A stretch of DNA of 63,732 bases, filler included, from Octopus bimaculoides (Eukaryota), in the NCBI RefSeq assembly GCF_001194135.2. It is 6 parts of 5 records of this genome, joined end to end, with 100 filler letters (N's around TTAATTAATTAA, not from the genome) between each part and the next. Parts side by side here need not be neighbours in the genome. Positions count along the whole stretch, not along the records: positions 1 to 15,077 come from NC_069005.1; 5 more parts are not named here. One strand, 5' to 3'. Both the position numbers and the translations under genes were made by a program. Shown in pieces: positions 1 to 12,561 of this stretch. Position 1 is the stretch's first letter; the number at the start of each line of letters is the position of its first letter. The notes beneath the pieces are model-generated. The model saw only the letters and a list, made by a program, of their open reading frames with translations, was not told where the DNA came from and did no database searches.

Positions 1-22
1 TATTATTATTATTATTATTATT

Positions 23-576
23 GAGTGAGAGAGCAGTGCATGCCATCAAAGTGACACTGGGGTAAAATATACAAAGCCCATTATACCCATCATGACTACC
101 CGTCTGATAAGGGTACACCAGGCACATGCATCACAACCATATGTGCGCGACATGGCGATCTCATATCAAGATAAACGGCGCATGACCTCGCAGGTGGGGC
201 CCAGTTAGAATTTTCTTCAGATCGAGTAGCCCATCCTGCTCAAAAGGTCCCTGAATAAGGTTTGCTTAAGGATGATGAGCAAAACACCCATATTTCCAAA
301 GGTGAATTATTAAAACCCCAAAGAACTCCTCTCAACACATGGTTATGATGCTCTCCCACTACTTCTGCTCATGATCAGAGATGCACATATCGTCAGCCAC
401 CAAGGGACATGCTCAACTGGTTAAGGTCAAACAACTGACAAGCAAATCTGTGGTATTAAGCAGAATATTTGCTGTAACCCATCTTTTATACCAAGACAAA
501 ACAATGAACATGATAACATTTCCAATCAATTAAGATCAGAAGCCATGAGAGCCACTGCCTGGTACTGAATCTGGGC

Positions 577-577
<1 letters not shown>
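23..577 (-). mobile_element. Non-coding retroelement or LINE 3' UTR flanked on both sides by (TAA)n
   Basis: About 550 bp of complex sequence between (ATT)n tracts at 1-22 and 578-634. No ORF. Orientation is inferred from the adjoining LINE, whose tail is also (TAA)n. Confidence 0.55.
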
Positions 578-637
<60 letters not shown>

Positions 638-3225
638 CTCATTATTATTTCATATACGTACAACCGATTAAACTGTTGGAAAAGAGAATTTCCTAATATC
701 ACGCTACTTAGGAGGGTTCTTGGCATCTAAGTTAGATGCCAAGAACCGTCCCATGTATCTCAGCTGTCCCTAATACCACTGTTTTCTGGAGCTATACAAA
801 ACTATATTTCATGCCTGTTTCCTCTATCCATCCTTTCCAATCTTTAGGGATAGTTCCTAATGCACATGGGATACATTTTACCCGCACTTTCGATAGTCTC
901 TGTAACTCAATGGCTGGGTCTTGGTACTTTGTTATTTTCTCTGTACCTCTCATATTGCTTTTTCATCATTTGGGACTGTAAAGTCAATTATCTGGCACTT
1001 TCTATTCTCTGTGTCTACTACTACTAAATCTGACCTTCTAGCTTCAATTACTTTGTCCATCTGAATTTTAAAGTCCCCCAACATCTTGTATTTCTTATTT
1101 TATTATTTCGTACTTTACTAGGTTCATTTTCATATTGTTTATCAGTATAGTGAAATCCTAGCTTTCTACATTACTCCCACTAGATTATTCTCCCCACGTT
1201 GTCATGCCATTTCTTTGTATTCTTTCTGTATCAGCATGTTGCATTCATATGCTATGAGTAACACTTTCGTCTTTTGATATACATAACCTACTTTAGGAAT
1301 CTACTTGGTTTTCTTCTATTTTGGCTTTAATCCAATTATTGTCCTCAATGCTTGATTTTGTGTTGCTGCTAGCAAACATTCTGTCTCCTTTTTCAGCCTT
1401 CCTTTCTGCAACCATAACCATTACTTGTATTTCTTTTCATTGTGTGTTTTTGGTGATTGTTGGAGTGAAGGCTTTGATCTTGTGCTGCAATTAAAAATGC
1501 TTCAGTCTCTGCTTTGAGTCCTGAGCTTCTCAGACATTGTTGGGATTTTGCTTTGTCTATTTCCTTTCTGTTTAGCGTAACGCAATATTGCATGTAGGGG
1601 CTTTTCTTCCCATCGTTTTATCATGATACGTTGCTGTTCCAGTTTTAATTTGGATTTCAGTTATTCTACAGCTTTTGTTGTTTCTTCTTTTTCTTCGAAG
1701 TTGTTAGGTACTATGACTTCTTTTTTGTATTTGGTAGCTTTCTTAAAAACTGAAAACAGTTTTTGTTTTATTTTGCTCGTATTTCGTGGCTATATGTATC
1801 AGTTTTCCGTGTTTCTGAAGTAGGTATTTCTGTAATCCTATGGTAGTTATTTTGTAATAGTTTTCTACCTGAATAAAGCATCTATCACCTTCGATACGTT
1901 GTAAATATAACCTTTCTATATCAGATTTTGGGTGGGCCATCCTAAATCCTGTCATTATGTTTCTTGTTTTCCTGTCTATTTTTATTATTTCATTCAGAGT
2001 CCAGTTATGAATATTGTAGTTTTTGTAGCTGTAATTTAAAACTGGGATGGCTAGAGTGTTGATACTTATTATCTTATTTTTCGCATTGAGCTCTGTTTTC
2101 AGTATGAATCTAACTTGTCTATACGTTTTGCAAACAACTTGCACATGCAAGTGCTACCAGTCGAGAACTCCGCATACCGGAAGCCAGCAAGTGTATGGGG
2201 CCATCAGGAGAGAACGCGCGCCGTTTCGGGGCCTACTTCTCGACGGCATAATTACACACCGGTCTCACTCACTAGTATTCCTTTTTTATCTTCTCTTTCA
2301 TTTGTGTGTGTTGTATCGTATCTAGTTCATTGATTCTGAAGTACTTGTATGAATGGCTTTGGTCTAATTCACTTATTTCATTTGCTTTATCTAATGCGAT
2401 GTTGCTACTCATAACTAGTTTTCCCTTTTTCAAGATTGCTGTGGCACATTTTTCTCAGCTAAATATCATGTTTATTTCTTTGGTAAATCCATATACTGTT
2501 TGTAGTAATATTTCCAGCTGCTTGTCATATGCAGCATATAGTTTTAGATCATCCATATACAAGAGATGGTTGATTGTTTCGCCGTAACAGTTGTATCCAC
2601 ATCCAGTTTTGTTTAGCATGTCAGATAAAGATGTCAGTACCAAACAGTAAAGGAATGGAGAGAGTGTGCCTCCCTGGGATATTCCTCTTCTAACGGGGAT
2701 GGCTTTGGTTTTTATGAGACCCACTTTTGTCTGGAGTTGTTTGCCACTTATTTATGGAATGTGTTACATATTTTCTGATTATGGGGGCTACCTTGTTCAT
2801 GGCTAGTGTTTCTAGGATCCATGTGTGGGGAATACTATCAAAAGGCTTTCGATTATCCATCCAAGCTATGCTTAGACCCTTTCTTTTTCTATGGTTGTCT
2901 TCAGTTATGACTTTTTATTATTATTAATTGATATTTACCTCCGTATAGGACCGCTCTGCTCTTCTGGAAACAGGTTGTTTTCTTCCAGATTTTTGCCCAT
3001 TCTCTGCTTTGTAAATTGTATGAAGACAAGTTATCGGTTTTGTAAGTTTGCCTTTTCAATAGATTTGAGAATTAGGATAGTTTTCCCTTCCGTGAGCCAT
3101 TCAGACATTGTCTCTGGCTCTGATAGTATTTCATTACATTTCTCAGCCAGCTTTTTATGTGTTCCCATTAGATATTTCAATCAGAAGCATATTGGCACAG
3201 GAATTTTTTTTCTTTTGCCCATTAT
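578..3225 (-). mobile_element. 5'-truncated, decayed RLE non-LTR retrotransposon (R4/Dong-like): RT, CCHC/RLE region and (TAA)n tail
   Basis: Minus-strand fragments include EWLTEGKTILILK, LSIAWMDNRKPFDSIPHTWI, RRGISQGGTLSPFLYCLVL, HLLYMDDLKLY, TELNAKNKIISINTLAIPVLNYSY, HPKSDIERLYLQR, GLKAETEAFLIAAQDQSL and LQKTVVLGTAEI. There are many stops and frameshifts. It ends in (TAA)n at 578-634. Confidence 0.93.
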
Positions 3226-3234
3226 TTATAATTG

Positions 3235-3236
<2 letters not shown>

Positions 3237-3290
<54 letters not shown>

Positions 3291-3355
3291 NNNNNNNNNN
3301 NNNNNNNNNNNNNNNNNNNNNNNNNNNNNNNNNNNNNNNNNNNNNNNNNNNNNNN

Positions 3356-3396
<41 letters not shown>

Positions 3397-3410
3397 GAGA
3401 GAGAGATAGA
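3237..3410. repeat. (CA)n / gap / (GA)n microsatellites
   Basis: Seen directly. ORFs 2891-3496 are artefacts of these repeats. Confidence 0.95.
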
Positions 3411-3819
3411 TATGCATATATATATTTGTATGAGTGGGTGTGTGCGTGTGTTTGAAAGTATGTATTAATGTAAGTATGTATGTTGTATGTATACATAAGT
3501 ATGTAAGTATGTGTACGAATATGCGGATAGAAATGTGTGGGAGTGTGGCCGTGATACTGTTACTACAATTTCGAGCGACTTCGCAAATTTTAGCAAAAGC
3601 TCTTTAAGCAATCCTTGAAATCACAAATAGTAATCACACAGACATGTTAATGCACATAAATATGCATACATAACCTCCATATATAGTTCCATACATATTT
3701 GCGAAAGAAAAATTAGTTAATAGCAAATGTATAGAGATAACCAGAGAAATGAAATATTTATATATATAGGTGTGCATATATAACAACACACATTTGTACA
3801 TACATACATAAATACACAC

Positions 3820-3867
<48 letters not shown>

Positions 3868-4563
3868 NNNNNNNNNNNNNNNNNNNNNNNNNNNNNNNNN
3901 NNNNNNNNNNNNNNNNNNNNNNNNNNNNNNNNNNNNNNNNNNNNNNNNNNNNNNNNNNNNNNNNNNNNNNNNNNNNNNNNNNNNNNNNNNNNNNNNNNNN
4001 NNNNNNNNNNNNNNNNNNNNNNNNNNNNNNNNNNNNNNNNNNNNNNNNNNNNNNNNNNNNNNNNNNNNNNNNNNNNNNNNNNNNNNNNNNNNNNNNNNNN
4101 NNNNNNNNNNNNNNNNNNNNNNNNNNNNNNNNNNNNNNNNNNNNNNNNNNNNNNNNNNNNNNNNNNNNNNNNNNNNNNNNNNNNNNNNNNNNNNNNNNNN
4201 NNNNNNNNNNNNNNNNNNNNNNNNNNNNNNNNNNNNNNNNNNNNNNNNNNNNNNNNNNNNNNNNNNNNNNNNNNNNNNNNNNNNNNNNNNNNNNNNNNNN
4301 NNNNNNNNNNNNNNNNNNNNNNNNNNNNNNNNNNNNNNNNNNNNNNNNNNNNNNNNNNNNNNNNNNNNNNNNNNNNNNNNNNNNNNNNNNNNNNNNNNNN
4401 NNNNNNNNNNNNNNNNNNNNNNNNNNNNNNNNNNNNNNNNNNNNNNNNNNNNNNNNNNNNNNNNNNNNNNNNNNNNNNNNNNNNNNNNNNNNNNNNNNNN
4501 NNNNNNNNNNNNNNNNNNNNNNNNNNNNNNNNNNNNNGCCTAAAAATTATATCTCTATATATT

Positions 4564-4597
<34 letters not shown>

Positions 4598-4765
4598 CGT
4601 ATGTTTGTATGTATGCATGTATATAGTTATATGCATATGTATAGATACATACACTTGTATATATATGTATGCACGTAAGTATGTATATTCCAGTGCATAC
4701 TGCTTCTATACTCACAAAACAAAAGGAAATTTTTGTGAATGCATACACTTACAAACTGAAAGATG

Positions 4766-4815
<50 letters not shown>

Positions 4816-5162
4816 GACACACATGCACGCGCATTTCTGGTCGACAAAGATAATCCTCCGATTCAATAAACAATTCTCATGGTTTCTTAATTAGTGAATT
4901 CAGCCATTGGTTGGCTCACGTCACATATCAAGTACTGTAGTGCAACCAGGTTCGCCGTCACAACCACCGTCTCCATCAACAGTACCACCACTACTACCGC
5001 CGTTATAACCACCATACCGCCACCATCACCACAACCAATACCATTCCATGTACCACTACACCCCTACCACTGCTACTGCTACTAACACCACTGTTACCAT
5101 CATCACTTAACGTTCACCATTGTTGCAACTACCAACAATACATATAGTGCTACAAGGATAAT

Positions 5163-5194
<32 letters not shown>

Positions 5195-5404
5195 ATACAT
5201 ATACTTATATATACATATATATATATATATGTATATATATATATTCGCATGTACATACATATATGTATATATATATATTCGCATGTACATACATATATGT
5301 ATATATATGAATATTTAGATAACTATATATGTATATACATATATATACGTATATGTATATATGTTTATATGTGCATATGTATGCATACATGCATGTATAT
5401 ACCT

Positions 5405-6194
5405 TTCACAGACTGGAGAGAATTAGTTATGTTTATTAATACCCAAGCTCCTTACTGCGTCGCTAGTCATAGTATAGTAGGGTTAGTTGAGCACCGTCTG
5501 TAAGAAAGACAGCACCATGACGCAATTCAATCTGCCAGAATGTTGAAAACGACATGCTTTACTGGTTGGCATTCGCGGTGGAAGCTCCAATATGAACGTT
5601 TCAGAGTGTTTGGGTGTCAATCTGGGGAGAATGTAATCTAAGGAAAAATGCCGAGAGGAATAAAAATCAAACATCCAGCCAACATCATGGTGCTTGAAGT
5701 GATCACAAGTGATGGTGACGTTATGCCTCCACTCATCTTCCCACACAGTCTCACACTCAACACGGAGGCCTAGATCAAGTGCCTGGACGAGGTAGTGCTG
5801 CTCTGAGTCAAGAGGGTGGCTGCTGGAAGACCCTATGTCTGGCAACAGGACTTTGCACCATGTCACACAAGTAGGAGAACCCAGTTAAGCTGTCAGAGAA
5901 TTTGTGTGACCACATCACACATAATATCTGGCCACCTAACTTCCCAGACTGCAACCCCCTTGATTATTATGTGTGAGGTGCAGTTGAGCGGAAGACCAAC
6001 AAAACTCTTTGTAACACCAAAGATGAACTGAAGGTAAGGATTATGGCAGCATCAACCACCTTAAACAGGGATACCGTCCAGAAGATTTGCAAGAGATTCC
6101 GAAGTCGTCATAAGGCCATGGTTGAAGCAAATGGCGATTTTATTGCGTAAATTCACCTTTTAGTATTTCAAGATATTTTTATTTAATTTTGGTA
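5405..6194 (+). mobile_element. Internally deleted maT/Tc1-mariner (DD37D) transposase remnant
   Basis: Translation includes KHPANIMVLEVITSDGDVMPPLIFPH, VAAGRPYVWQQDFAPCHTSRRTQ, WPPNFPDCNPLDYY and RFRSRHKAMVEANGDFI. After repairing a 1-nt frameshift, 37 residues separate the 2nd and 3rd catalytic D. The 3' end is lost in a gap. Confidence 0.88.
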
Positions 6195-6770
6195 NNNNNN
6201 NNNNNNNNNNNNNNNNNNNNNNNNNNNNNNNNNNNNNNNNNNNNNNNNNNNNNNNNNNNNNNNNNNNNNNNNNNNNNNNNNNNNNNNNNNNNNNNNNNNN
6301 NNNNNNNNNNNNNNNNNNNNNNNNNNNNNNNNNNNNNNNNNNNNNNNNNNNNNNNNNNNNNNNNNNNNNNNNNNNNNNNNNNNNNNNNNNNNNNNNNNNN
6401 NNNNNNNNNNNNNNNNNNNNNNNNNNNNNNNNNNNNNNNNNNNNNNNNNNNNNNNNNNNNNNNNNNNNNNNNNNNNNNNNNNNNNNNNNNNNNNNNNNNN
6501 NNNNNNNNNNNNNNNNNNNNNNNNNNNNNNNNNNNNNNNNNNNNNNNNNNNNNNNNNNNNNNNNNNNNNNNNNNNNNNNNNNNNNNNNNNNNNNNNNNNN
6601 NNNNNNNNNNNNNNNNNNNNNNNNNNNNNNNNNNNNNNNNNNNNNNNNNNNNNNNNNNNNNNNNNNNNNNNNNNNNNNNNNNNNNNNNNNNNNNNNNNNN
6701 NNNNNNNNNNNNNNNNNNNNNNNNNNNNNNNNNNNNNNNNNNNNNNNNNNNNNNNNNNNNNNNNNNNNNN

Positions 6771-6775
6771 ACCAC

Positions 6776-6847
<72 letters not shown>

Positions 6848-7830
6848 GATAGAACAAACACTTCTACCAGCGCCAAGCAACACCACCCGCATCATCAATA
6901 CCATTAACCATTACTACCACAACCACCATCTCTACCAGCACCTTAATCATCACCACAAACGGCGCCACCACCAATAGTAACATCAACAACATTACTGGCA
7001 CCACCACCGCCGCCGCCAGTGCTTTAGCCCTCATTGCTACTGGGACCTCAATAGCAACACAATGAACATTGTTAGCAACAAGAACAATATTGCCATACCT
7101 GACAAGCACTACCCGCTACTACCACCACCACTACCACCTCCACCACCACTACTACTCCCACCTCCACCACCACCACCTCCACAACCATTATCGCCACCAC
7201 CCAGATCACCACCTCTAACACCACCACCATCATTAATACGATTAAACTCACCACCACGAATAGCGGCCCCCACCACTACTACCACCTCTACCTCCACCAT
7301 CACCACCGCAAACACCATGACGACCATCACCACTGCAACAAACACAACCACCGTTACTACAACAACTGGAACAAGCACAATCACCACCACTACCACCTCC
7401 ACCACCAGTACCACTAACACTGCCACAAACACCACAACAACCACCACCCCGTAACAATTTCTATCGCCTACACCACTGCCTCCGCAACAAGCCCAATGAC
7501 CTTCACCACAACCAGCACTATACTACCTGTACTACCACCACAAGTCACCACAACCGCAACAGCACAATCAGCATCACCACCACCACTACCAGTACCTTCA
7601 CCATCATCAACACTGCTTACCACAAACACCTCTCCCACCACAAACACCATACCTCCACCGCCAGCATCACTATTACCATAACAACGGTTATCACTATCAT
7701 TACCATCACTATCACTACCATCAACGTAACCATCATAGCCACCCCCCACCACCATCATAACACCAGTACCACCACCTCCACCGTCACCTGCACTACCACC
7801 ATTACCTCCACTAGCACCACAACCGATGTG
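6771..7830. repeat. (AGT)n followed by about 1 kb of degenerate (ACC/ACT)n low-complexity sequence
   Basis: Seen directly. It produces Thr/Pro/Val homopolymeric pseudo-ORFs. Confidence 0.9.
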
Positions 7831-8149
7831 ATCACGCTATCCCAGTGAAGACAATTAAAACTGAAGTCCTCTTCACAGATCGATCACTGATTGATTTCAA
7901 TTATTGGAATTTGTTCATTGTACTTGAAAGTTCGTTCGTACTCTCTAGAGAAGTGATGATGACAAGGCATACTATTTGCAGTTTGGGCAAGCTATACAAA
8001 TTGGCCAATCAGAGACTGTCTGCAATTTACCAGTATAGGTAAACCATACAAACTGACCAATCAATAACCACCTCTAATTTAGATTGATTTCGAGAGACCA
8101 GACACAAAACATTATTATTTACTTAACTTATTACTTTTTCACTCAGCTT

Positions 8150-8182
8150 ATTATTATTTATTCACTTAACTTATTATTATTA

Positions 8183-8216
<34 letters not shown>

Positions 8217-8810
8217 CGATATTATTATTATTGTTGTTGTTGTTGTTGTTGTTATTATTCAGTAATCTTGTTTTTTCACGTGATTTCACTGTAATACCGA
8301 GCGCAGCTCTGTGTGCCTTGGGTATGTGCTGTGGTTTGTTGTGATGTTCTTATGGTTACTGTATTGAAAGTGTTTTACGTAGGATGTGTGCAGTGCCTAA
8401 TACGGTTATTTACTGTATGTTATATATATTTGTTAGTCCTGGTATTTTTGTTATGTATTTGTCTCAATATTTTTTTTATCATACCTAATGCGCCCACTAT
8501 GATAGGAATTGTTTGTTTTTAGATTCCACATTCGAGTTACCTCTATTTCCAGGTCTTTGTATTTTGAAAGTTTCTCCATTTCTTTTAGAGAAACGTTGTC
8601 ATCTGTTGGTATTGATGCATCAATTAGAAAGCTTTATTGTTGCTTTTTTTAATGATCTCTGACAACTATATCTGGCCTATTGGCCTTAATTTCTCTATCT
8701 GCGTGTATTGGCATATCTCATAGTATTGTTGCTTTCTCATTTTCTGTGACTTTTTCTGGCGTGTGCCTATACCATCTTTTTTCTGTTGTTATTCCATAGT
8801 GTTGGCATAG
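8150..8810 (-). mobile_element. 3' end of RLE LINE (TAA-tailed family, copy 1)
   Basis: Minus strand reads LCQHYGITTEKRWYRHTPEKVTENEKATIL*DMPIHADREIKANRPDIVVRDH, then LIDASIPTDDNVSLKEMEKLSKYKDLEIEVTRMW and IPIIVGALGMIKK. A 3' UTR and (TAA)n tail follow at about 8150-8258. Confidence 0.9.
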
Positions 8811-8825
8811 GTCATAGTGTTGGCA

Positions 8826-9684
8826 AGCGCAATAGCGAAATATCTTCATGTAATACAACACATACAATTAAATTGATAGGGTTTTTCTAAGAATGAGGGC
8901 AGTACTTGTCAGCACAACCTTTTGGATTTCTCAGAGACGTGGTTTTGATGGGATATGATTTAGATGTTTTTGACATCCCTTTCTTATCATACCAAGGGCA
9001 CCCGCAATAACAGGAACAGTTCTTGCTTTAAGCTGCCACATCTTTTGTATTTCTATTTGCAGGTGCTTATATTTACTTAATTTGTCAAATTACTTTATGG
9101 ATAAATTTTTATCACTGGTAATACTTATATCTATTAGTCTACAAGTATTTTCTTCTTGTCTTTAATGACTATGACTGGTCGATTAACGTGGATCATTCTG
9201 TCGGTATTGACTGGAAAATCCCAGAGGAAAATGACATTTTACCTTCAACGACTGGTTCAGGATGATGTTCACAGCAGTAAGCAAGAGTGCTGATTTTGTA
9301 GTATTTACATATTTTCCAATGTAAATACTGTCCTACCCTATCGTGGCGATTTTTGTAGTCATTTGGTCAGCACAGGACATTCCGAGACGAGATGGTGTAT
9401 TATTTTATCAAATTTATCACAGAATCTGCATTTGGGGTCAGAACCGTTTTGAAGCACGTTAGCCAGGTAGTTTCTGGTAAGCTTTGATCATGTGCTGCCA
9501 ATATGAAACCTTTAGTCTCTACTTTCAATTTTGAGCTTCTCAGCCACTAATGGGTTGTTGCTTGGTAAACATCAGCATTTCGACTTCGAAGAATAGAAGA
9601 ATATACTGTCCATGGAGAGGCTTCTCGCTCCACCACTCCTCAATTTGTTTCTGCCCGTTCTTTTTTGCAGTCTCTTTGATCCGC

Positions 9685-9685
<1 letters not shown>
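8826..9685 (-). mobile_element. 3' part of a second RLE LINE family (CCHC + RLE), 5'-truncated at an (ATT)n tract
   Basis: Minus strand includes EEWWSEKPLHGQY, KVETKGFILAAHDQSL, CRFCDK..HLVSECPVL, RHDRVGQYLHWKICK, DKLSKYKHLQIEIQKMWQLKARTVPVIAGALGMI and TALILRKTLSI*. Confidence 0.9.
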
Positions 9686-9766
<81 letters not shown>

Positions 9767-9767
9767 C

Positions 9768-9866
9768 AAGGCGGCGAGCTGGCAGAATTGTTAGCACGCC
9801 GGGCGAAATGCTTAGCGGCATTTCGTCTGCTGCTACGTTCTGAGTTGAAATTCTGCCGAGGTCACC
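9768..9866 (+). mobile_element. tRNA-derived SINE family A, 5' part
   Basis: Head GGCGGCGAGCTGGCAGAATTGTTAGC with B-box-like GAGTTGAAATT. The same sequence recurs many times in the window. Confidence 0.8.
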
Positions 9867-10079
9867 TTTTTTATTTTTATTATTGTTGTTGCTGTTGCTG
9901 TTCGCCCATCGATACGTATTGCTCGTCGTTCCGTAAGTTTTGTTGTTATTCATATAGTTATACATTGGTATACTTTGTACATTTGCTCTTCTTACTTGGG
10001 TGAACTGATCAAAACCTTGGTGAGTTGGCTAATTCTGCGTCCGTAGCTCTTAGGGGCTATTTTGGTGTTTCATTGAGCT

Positions 10080-12101
10080 AAAGCCCCCTCACTTTGTGCT
10101 AAAAAAGACAAAACGTGTACATAACACTTAGAGGAAAAATCAAATCCACAGCGGCATAGACCACAAGACCACAAGCTGAATTTCAGCAGTAAGCCTTCTG
10201 TAAGATATATCTGCCCCTCGAAGTCTGACCTAGTTAGAATAAGCAAACACATCATTGATAAATATATACTTACACTAAATAATATTATAAAACTAAACTT
10301 CTGGACCAGTTCATACAGGTTAATTGATTGGTTTAGCAACATCATAGCAAAGAAACAAACTAGATTCATTCAACTAGCTATATCAAGCTAGTGTGCCTCT
10401 ATTAATTCCATCCTCTTCAACAAAGCGCTTATATTTGCTATGAAAAACTCTGAGCTAATTAGGGAAGAAGTAGATGTAATATTAACCACCAGAAAATAAA
10501 TTGTTGAATTTAAAAGAAAATACTGGGTGAGAAAGGATAAGCAGAACATGTTCGACATAACAATGGGATCGACTAACTCCGCCCAGGTAACTGATGTAGT
10601 AGGAATTTATATTTTATTCTGCATAAACAAAGAATTTCCAAAAATAAGGGGAAGTCTATACAGGGATGACGCACTATTCACCTTGCCTAACCCATCCAAC
10701 GTGGAAATGGAAAGACAGAGGAAAAAATTATTCAAGTTCTTCAAAGGCATAGGACTTCCCATCTTAATAGAAGAGAAGCACACCGCAGTCAGCATCTAAG
10801 ATGTTACACTAGACCTAAGCATCTGAATTCTAACCATACCATAAGCCTAACGAAAACCTTAAATACATTCACCACCACAGCGATCACCTCAAATGCATAG
10901 CCCATCTATATTCGCAAACGTCTTTCACCCGCATATCGAAACTGTCGAAGAGTAAGTATGTAAGTTAAATGTGAATTACAATAACAAAGCGTTAGAAGAA
11001 GCAGGATACAAAGAAAAATTAGTGTTTAGCCCAAAGAACCAAACCAAAATAGATATATACAATTGGGTTACCTGTCAGATACCTAATTACAACCAAAAGA
11101 ATAACCATAAAAACCTAGTAAACCGCCATAAAAATAGAGAGGAATGAAAACATAGGATACAACCAAAGAATAAACAGCTCGGACGAGAATAAAAAAGATT
11201 CATACATGAGTGAATGTCGTACGCAACTACCTCATCGAAATGATAGCGGGAGCCATAGTACGCTGTACATTGGGAATGAAATAAACCACACCAGATGCAC
11301 ACATACACTAAACACAACAAGGAAATACACTAGTAAGTGTCCCGCACACCCAAGCAGCCACCATAGATACATGAAACAACCATATAATACCTAAGAATAT
11401 CAAAACTAATAGTAATTAGGACTGCTTTATGATATAATACTCTGTTGAGGAATCAAGTAATTTCCAGCATTCCGAAGCAGTTTTACACAGCGATCGAGAA
11501 ACATTTTCTGAAGTCTAGCAAGAACAATAGAATGTCCGATTCGCTTTCTCCACTTGCCGTAATCTAGCACTGATAATAGCAGCGCACTGAAGGACCAGTG
11601 AAAATTGTACATGAGTAAAGAAAAATGAAACTATCAACAGAAATGTTGATAAACCGAATCCAGATGACTGGATAGAAACAACAAGGGAAGAGATCAGGAC
11701 ACTAAAACCAAAATAACACGCACAAGAATGGAGTGGGTGGTAATCTAAGAACCAGCAGTCAAAGGGAAACAGCCCTAACACATAGTAATACCACCACGGA
11801 ACAGGGAGCGCGAACCGCTAGAAATACCAGCACATGAGCACCTATGCATAGGAAGCTTAGAAATAATACTAGACCGATAGAAACGAGGACAGCAGAGATT
11901 TCTAGTAGGGAACATAACACGATAAATAATAGATACAAGGCATTGGGTCTCTGCAAATGCTCTAGGTATGCCGTATGCCCGTTAAACGCAAGATATTTGA
12001 CGGAAAACCTGGTTTGTAGATGTAAAATCACTTCTCAGGGAAGAACGTACTTCCGTATAGGGCCAAGCTATCTTAATTTCAAGAGAACGCTGAATAATTA
12101 A
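10080..12101 (+). mobile_element. Decayed Penelope-like element (RT + thumb + linker + N-half of GIY-YIG); motif type I associate with the Nematis clade
   Basis: Translation includes ICPSKSDLVRISKHIIDK, IDWFSNI..RFIQL, MFDITMGSTNSAQVTDVVGIYIL, SLYRDDAL, DVTLDL, PYHKPNENLKYIHHHSDH, KALEEAGYKEKL, IPKQFYTAIEKHF, FAFSTCRNLALIIAAH and CKCSRYAVCPLNARYLTENLVCRC..RIG..FKRTLNN. The clade label is from memory. Confidence 0.85.
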
Positions 12102-12109
12102 ATTCGTTT

Positions 12110-12550
12110 AGGAATGTGTTCATTTTGGCTAGCATTGTCTTTGAATTTGTATAGTGGAAACGTTGTGAATTTGGGAAATTTGTTGTAAGCACATTCGTCG
12201 ATGTGCTGGCTGAGAGGCATTTTACTGTTTTCTGGGATCCTAATTTGGGATTTGTGTACCGCCACCCTCTGGCGTAGGCTGCTTTTAGTGTGTCCAATAT
12301 ATTGCCGTTTGCATCCAGAGCATGTAATTAGGTAGATCAAGTTCTCCGATGCACATGTAAAATTAGTTTTTATTGTGAAATTATGGCCTTGTTCTAATCG
12401 ATGTTCCGATCCTTCTATTACGTTGACACAAATCCCACAGTTGGGTCTCCCGCATTTTTTTACTGTAGGTTTAGTGGTTATTGTTTTTGATTTGGTTATT
12501 GATTTTGGTTGCCTCTTACTTTTGAGGATTTGGTTCATTTTTGGGTCTTT
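12110..12550 (-). mobile_element. Penelope-like GIY-YIG endonuclease with upstream Cys motif (Neptune-like), inverted copy
   Basis: ORF 12098-12538: KSKRQPKS..KKCGRPNCGIC..NFTCASENLIYLITCSGCKRQYIGHTKSSLRQRVAVHKSQIR..LSQHIDEC. Confidence 0.9.
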
Positions 12551-12561
12551 CTTGAGTAGAG

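Noticed and set aside
7062-7454. Pro/Thr-rich mucin-like ORF
   Set aside because: Degenerate (ACC)n low complexity with no domain or splice support; the same pattern occurs at 4950-5150 and 49670-49850.
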